Below, in pieces: positions 39,111 through 45,833 of a stretch of 45,833 nucleotides of DNA. The stretch comes from Octopus bimaculoides (Eukaryota), in the NCBI RefSeq assembly GCF_001194135.2, contig NC_068992.1:51404587-51450419 (forward strand), in the 5' to 3' direction. Both the position numbers and the translations under genes were made by a program. Positions within the stretch are counted from its first letter, which is position 1. The number at the start of each line of letters is the position of its first letter. The notes below the pieces were generated by a model. The model was not told where the DNA came from and did not search any database. It saw nothing but the letters and a program-made list of their open reading frames with translations.

Positions 39111-40084
39111 AATGAGGATGATGACGATGACAATAATACTGTTGCTGCTGCCACCGCCATCACTGCTGATGATGATGAGGAGGAGAAGGAAGATGTGGAT
39201 GAAAAATACAACGATTTAGATGTTGATAAACCTTGTTTACAATTAGCTAATTATTAACGATCAGTCTTTAAGACTAACACAAGCATTTTCTTTATCTGCT
39301 ATATTTTTCTTCCTTCGATAAAAGAGAATCAAAGATATCTTTGACTTACTAAATTATCATTCATCTGCCTGTCTTTGATAATCAGACAAACGATAGACAC
39401 GATATGATTGATGACTGGTAAATGACATTGCAAATAAATCATGAGATCTCTACTTGGCACAGTATACGGCCACTTATATGAAAGCAGGATAAGCTAATTG
39501 ATGTACATTGTTCAACATCGTTTCAATATTAACTAGCTTGTCCTTATTGACGTTACAATAATCTAACATTTATGATAGGTAGCTTGACAGAAATTACAGA
39601 GAATCGGATAAAAACCCTTGTAAAATGGTGGTTACATTTTGAGTTCATATCTTGCTGAGGTCAACTTTGAATAAAATAAAGTACCAGCTAAATACTGAAT
39701 CAATGTAAAGTTTTCTCTTTTACTATTGTTAAAAAATAATATTTGGGTTTATATTTGTAGCCACTTTAACATGTCTGTCTGTTCGAGCAGACTCTACTGC
39801 AATTTTTTAACCCCAAGAGGACATCTCCTCTGGCTGGTTAACAATGCACAACCACATCTGATAAAATTGTGGGCTGGAGAGCGAACCCCTACCATATCCT
39901 AGTGATGGGACCAGTTGACCATTTATTCGTAAGAATTAACAAAGCATTCTTACATCTTTTATACATTCTGAGTTCAAATCCTGTTTCATTCTTCTAGGAT
40001 TCCTAGAGTGTTAAGCAAAATTCTTGGCAGTATCTACATTAGATAATTAATTCCTTTTGATGTTCTGAGTTCAACTCTTTGCAT

Positions 40085-40300
40085 TTCTGCATTTCTGCAT
40101 GTTTTGGCATGGTTTTTTTTACAGATGGATGCCCTTCCTAACACCAATCACCCTGCAGAGTGGGTTGGGTGCTTTTTACATTGCATCTGCACAGGGAAGA
40201 TTAGTTTGGCATAGTTTCTACAGCTGGATGCCCTTCCAAATGCCAACCACTTTACAGTGTCGACTGGATGCTTCTTAGGTGGCATCTGCACTGGCAGGGC
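40085..40300 (-). mobile_element. RTE-type tail module present twice in tandem
   Basis: acagatggatgcccttcctaacaccaatcac (about 40120) and acagctggatgcccttccaaatgccaaccac (about 40220). Confidence 0.65.
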
Positions 40301-42388
40301 CACCAAATAACTTTGCAAGACAAGGAATCATTGAGAGGGGGAGAGGGCATTGGAAGGGATGATCATGTGCCAGATAACGAAAGGTTAGAGTGTGACAGAG
40401 AGACAGAAACAGATGTCTTACTGTAGAGGAGGTAAATGGTTAAGACATCACAATATCTGTATGTATCTAGTTACATAGCATTACTATGTTTATTTTACTT
40501 TTCCCTACCTCTAAAGTAAGGTTGACCAATAGATTAAACGTCCTCTTTTGCAGTCCCACCAGAGATATTTGCAAAATCACTCACTGCTTTATTAACCATG
40601 AAACAAAATAGACTTGGTGTCTCCTTTTTTATGGTGTTGTGGTGTAAGTTTAAACACTTCAAAACTATTGTAATTTTATCAAATTTCATAATATGTTCAT
40701 CTGACATGAACCCCTTCGCTAAATGTCCTGCCCTCTGCTATTTTTGAGAAACACTGCTCTATTGGATATTTATTGTTAAATCCTTAGGTGAAAAGTCTTG
40801 TGTAAATATGTTGCTTGCATATTCAGAGCTTATAACAGAATTTATAAAGACTGTCACAGGAAGCTATGAAAGAAAAAGTATATTTAAACAATAGTCGTTG
40901 TTGTCATCACTGGTATCGTTATCATTGTTGTTGTACATCTAATTACCATAACAACATGGATTAGATGGGTTTCTGCATTCAGAGTTGGTACATATTTTAG
41001 TTGGGGTGCTCACCTTGAGAAATCAAAAGGCTGCATGTCACTTGTGTTTAGTTTTTGGCTTGAATTCTATGGCTGTAGGCCTTTCCAATTTCCAGCCCCT
41101 TTACAAAGTGTACTGGGTGCATTTTATTGTGGCACCAGCATTAGAGAGGTGGCATGTCCTAAAGAAAACTGATGTGTTCCGTCAGCCTTGCATTTTACAG
41201 TGTGTACTGGACATGTACGTTCAAGATATTTATATTTCTGATATAACTGCAGAGACTTCATGATCCCTGCATTACTGCTTGCTTGATGACCTCTTCAAAG
41301 AGTGAGAGTCAGATGTATGAATGATAAAGGCACGAATTTAATGGTAATAGTCGAAAACCTATGGATAATTTATTGCTAACATACAGAAACTATAACTAAA
41401 TTTATGAGGTTTATTATAAGAAACTTTTAAACAAAATCATTTAAACAAGAATTAGTCGAAAACTAAGGCAGATGTTTTCTGTTAGAAAAAAAAAAGTCAT
41501 ATAATATTCAGTTGTGTACAAAATGATACTAAATCAATAAAATGAGAGATGATGGAGTGCATCTTTGAGAATATCACTTAACAGTAAATTGCAAGCAATT
41601 TTAATTTTTATGCAAATCTGTATAAGTCTTTTGAATATAGTTATTCAGTAATCTATATTTGAAAATTGGTATTACTGTTACGCTTATAGATATATAAGAA
41701 CTACGTTTCTACTGGTGTTTTTGTTGTTATTGTTGTTGTTGTAATAATGGAAACTATAAATGAAGTCCTTTACTTAATGAGGATATCCACATATTTGAAA
41801 ATGTACATTATCAATTATTAGTTATATTTATACATTATTAATTTATCATTAAAATCAAAAGTATAAGCAGCAATAATGTTTGAAGTTAAAAACGATGTTG
41901 AAATGAAAGTTTGCTGTAGTATCTGTAGTGTATAATGTTTGATGAGAGTTTATGAGCGAAACATTAATAAGTTTTGTAATATTTCCAACTGGTTGCCAAT
42001 ATGACTACGTGGTAAGGACGTTGGCTTCACAAACGTGGTTTTGGGGTTTAATTTCCTCATTTGTTAAGATAAAACTATATTTTGTGAAGACAATTTGACA
42101 GAAGAAAACAGTAGAAGCTCAGCATGTAAGCATGTGTATATGTGTTCATTTGCTTCTTCATTTTTTGGAGCCATTCTTCTATGCTTGCATATGTAAGATG
42201 AATATATTATCAAGGTATTTCTTTGCAGCTAGATGCTCTTCTTGAAGCTAAAATGTTTTGTAACTAAGAGTTTTGTGAAGGCACTTAGCAAATAGGGAAG
42301 ATGTTGATAGAAGTGACAACACTGCTCATAAGGCATATCATTGAGCACAGATGGAAACAAATATACAAATTCACACATGCACGCACGG

Positions 42389-42437
<49 letters not shown>

Positions 42438-42461
42438 CATACTTGCATATATGAATATTTA

Positions 42462-42989
42462 CGAGGGTGAGTCAAAAAGTAATGCCATTTTGTTTAGGAC
42501 AGGTATAATTACCAACACAGGAACATGTATCATACATCAAAACGAAGCTTACTTCTCAACAAAGTCACCGTTTCTCTCAATAGCAATGTTCCACCTTCGA
42601 ATGAGAGCATGTATCCCTGCCCCGTAAAATTCTGTTGACTGTTCTTTGAGCCACTTCTTTGCTACAGTTCTCCCTTCCTCGTCACTGGAATGATGTTTGC
42701 CTCTCAAACCCTTTTTCGTGGGGCCGAAGAGATGATATTCCAGTGACGAGGAAGTGAAAACTGTAGTGAAGAATTGGCTCAAAGAACATTCAACAGAATT
42801 TTACGGGGCAGGGATACACGCTTTCATTTGAAGGTAGAACGTTGCTATTGACAGACACGGTGACTTATGTTGAGAAGTAGGGATGTGATCCACAGAGGAC
42901 CAGCTTCATTTTGATGTATGATACATGTTCCTGTGTTGGTAATTATACCTGTCCTAAACAAAATGGCATTACTTTTTGACTCACTCTCA
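42462..42989. mobile_element. Palindromic mariner derivative made of two inverted 3' ends
   Basis: Arms 42462-42691 and 42737-42989 each encode the transposase C-terminus (SSDEE..WLKE.STEFYGAGIHA...GD.VEK) on opposite strands; outer 88 bp match at 85/88; TA on the left. Confidence 0.9.
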
Positions 42990-43092
42990 GCTCAAGGAGA
43001 AGACACATACCCAAAGTATCAGGCTGAGGAATTGAACCCAAGAATCGACATGGTTTTGCAGTAAACTTCTTAACCACATAGTCATGCTTGTG
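42990..43092 (-). mobile_element. SINE head fragment
   Basis: agaagacacatacccaaag...gaattgaaccc...cttcttaaccacatagtcatgc. Confidence 0.7.
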
Positions 43093-43138
43093 TATATGTA
43101 TGTGTGTGTAAATATATATACATACATACATTGATACA

Positions 43139-43228
<90 letters not shown>

Positions 43229-43611
43229 TGTATGTATGTATATATATTTGTGTATATGTGTATACTTTTTGGAATGGTGAGTTCTTGAAACTTGAGTGTT
43301 TCTGTTGACAACATGCATACATGATTACTCTTGTCGACACAAACACATACACTACTTCCATCCTTCTTTTTTCTTCATAATCTTCAAGTGGTTTATATTT
43401 GGAATCATCCAATTTTCTGTTTTTCTTTCCGCTCTTTTATGCTTGTGTCATAATTGGTGGAACTTTATCTTTTGATTTTAATATGTATATTCAAAAGAAA
43501 AAAAATGAGGGGAAAAAAAATCACAGAAATATATTGCCTCTTCCTGAAAACCATAAATCTATACTTTTCCTGTTTATCAGTTCTGGTTACTGTTTATTCT
43601 GGTAAAAGAAA

Positions 43612-43810
<199 letters not shown>

Positions 43811-44253
43811 GTCAGCTATTTAAAAAAAAAGAATACAAAGATTGTTGAGAGAAAATGGTGTAGAGTCAGAAAAAAATGGAGAGTGATGCTAACCTGCAGC
43901 TAGGATTTGTTTGTAGCTAATCCTAGAGATTTTTCTAAAATTCCTAGGATCTTCTGCTTCAAGTAGCTCAAAAATGATATGGCATGATGAAAAATATTCG
44001 CATCTGTTCCCATTAGATCATCTGAATCAATACAATTGTAGATAAATCAAATAATACCTTCAGTGACATTGTATCATTTCAGTGGTGATGTTGTTGTTGT
44101 AGTTGGTGGTGGTGGTGGTGGGGATATTGTTGATGTTGGGGCGATGGTGTTGATGGTGTTTGTATTGTTAGATTGGTTCTGCTGTTATATAGTTTGAAGA
44201 AAAAACCCTCCAGATTAAAATATTTCTTTAAAACATTTCTTTTCATCTTCTTG

Positions 44254-44306
<53 letters not shown>

Positions 44307-44528
44307 NNNNNNNNNNNNNNNNNNNNNNNNNNNNNNNNNNNNNNNNNNNNNNNNNNNNNNNNNNNNNNNNNNNNNNNNNNNNNNNNNNNNNNNNNNNNNN
44401 NNNNNNNNNNNNNNNNNNNNNNNNNNNNNNNNNNNNNNNNNNNNNNNNNNNNNNNNNNNNNNNNNNNNNNNNNNNNNNNNNNNNNNNNNNNNNNNNNNNN
44501 NNNNNNNNNNNNNNNNNNNNNNNNNNNN

Positions 44529-44575
<47 letters not shown>

Positions 44576-45783
44576 CACATGCATACATATTCATATACAT
44601 ATATATATAGAGAGAGAGAGAGACAGAGAAAGAGAAAGAAAGATAGATACATATACAGATATATATATATTTGTACATACACACACATGTATGTATATAT
44701 GCATGTATGCCAGATTCATAGTAAAAATAGTTTCATAGATTCACCAGTTTTTGAGGTATTCTTTTGAGAAGATGAAAGTTTGAAATGATATTGTTCATTG
44801 AAACTGGCAGGTGCCATTTCAAATAATGCAGTGAAATGGACAAGTTATTTATAGTATGCTCAGCGTGGGTGGACTGAATGACAGTAGCGAAGAATATGGA
44901 TAAAACTGGTGCTGAAAGAGAATTTGTAGTTTGAAACGTATGGTGGTAAAAAGAAATTATAATAGAGAATAAGGAATTAATTTAAAATATTGTGATATAT
45001 CAGAAGGAAATGTTAATATAGGAAAGGCTCTTCCCTCAGCTACAGAAAATGAGATTTGGTGCTGATTTAATTTCAACTGATAGTCAAAACGATAGGACTC
45101 TTGTATAACATGTCAAGAAGGATCGTTGAACAAATGGTAATAGATTATTACTGTAACATGAGGGAGAAAAATAATATCGAACATTGTGAATAAATTTATT
45201 GTTTGAATGTTAATGTGAATGGAAGAAATATAAAATAAACTCTTTTAAACTATATCTTATACATAAATATTTGAATAGAGAGAAGGCATAAATATTAAAA
45301 TGTGAGAGTAGAGTTAAGCTAATGGATATGAAATAGCCAGGTATGACATATGAGTGGTGTCTTATACTAATAGAATATACCGGTTTTCTCAGTTTGACTT
45401 TGGCATCAGAGAAGAGCAAAATTCAATTGATTACTTTAAAAAATTCTCTTTGTTATTCTAGAAGTGTGAAATTCTTTTTAGATAACTTTAATGTTAGTTT
45501 ACTGAGTTGATCAGTAAAGACTTCTTGTCTGTAAGTTTTGAGAAATCATAACGACAATTTTGATAAGACATCAGCATTATGATTGAAATATCTTTCAATC
45601 ATAATGTTAATATCATAAAGTTAATATCACATTATGACTACACCAACAATGGACATTTTCTGCCCAATTTACCATTCCACTGGTCACTGAAAGACTTGTT
45701 CAAGGATATTGGGTCTTGAAGTAATAAAATCCTCATCATTAGCACCAGACCTCAATTTCACTACTGAAATATTGTCCTTACTT

Positions 45784-45833
45784 CAGTGGCGTGCGGTGAC
45801 TTCTGGGGTTGAGCATGCAATGAATTTCTCTCC
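45784..45833 (+). mobile_element. Possible DNA-transposon terminus at the window edge
   Basis: Abrupt GC-rich start cagtggcgtgcggtga, resembling CAGTGGCG-type (hAT-like) ends; other end not visible. Confidence 0.3.

Noticed and set aside
39063-39260. Acidic open frame DDDDDS...EEEKEDVDEKYND
   Set aside because: Degenerate (GAT)n tail of the upstream SINE; no start codon or acceptor, and a stop immediately upstream.

Overview
AT-rich, gap-containing eukaryotic genomic DNA dominated by transposon debris and microsatellites. The repeat signature (abundant tRNA-head SINEs with internal (TA)n/(TG)n tracts, RTE tails ending in (GAT)n) suggests an octopus/coleoid cephalopod genome; this is an inference. 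Well supported: five decayed Tc1/mariner transposase copies (three mariner, one DD37D maT, one DD34E Tc1), mariner-derived MITEs, RTE LINE 3' ends, the C-terminus of an R4/Dong-like element inside a (TAA)n array, a non-autonomous Helitron nested in a SINE, and many SINE copies. No intact transposase, tRNA, rRNA or CRISPR array is seen. Short non-repetitive islands carry canonical splice signals. I could hand-thread phase-consistent exon chains on BOTH strands, so a host gene probably crosses the window, but its strand and identity are unresolved and I recognise no protein. The most unusual structures are a mariner made of two fold-back 3' ends (42462-42989) and a 158-bp near-perfect palindrome (12324-12481). 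I found no clear evidence of a wholly new biological system.
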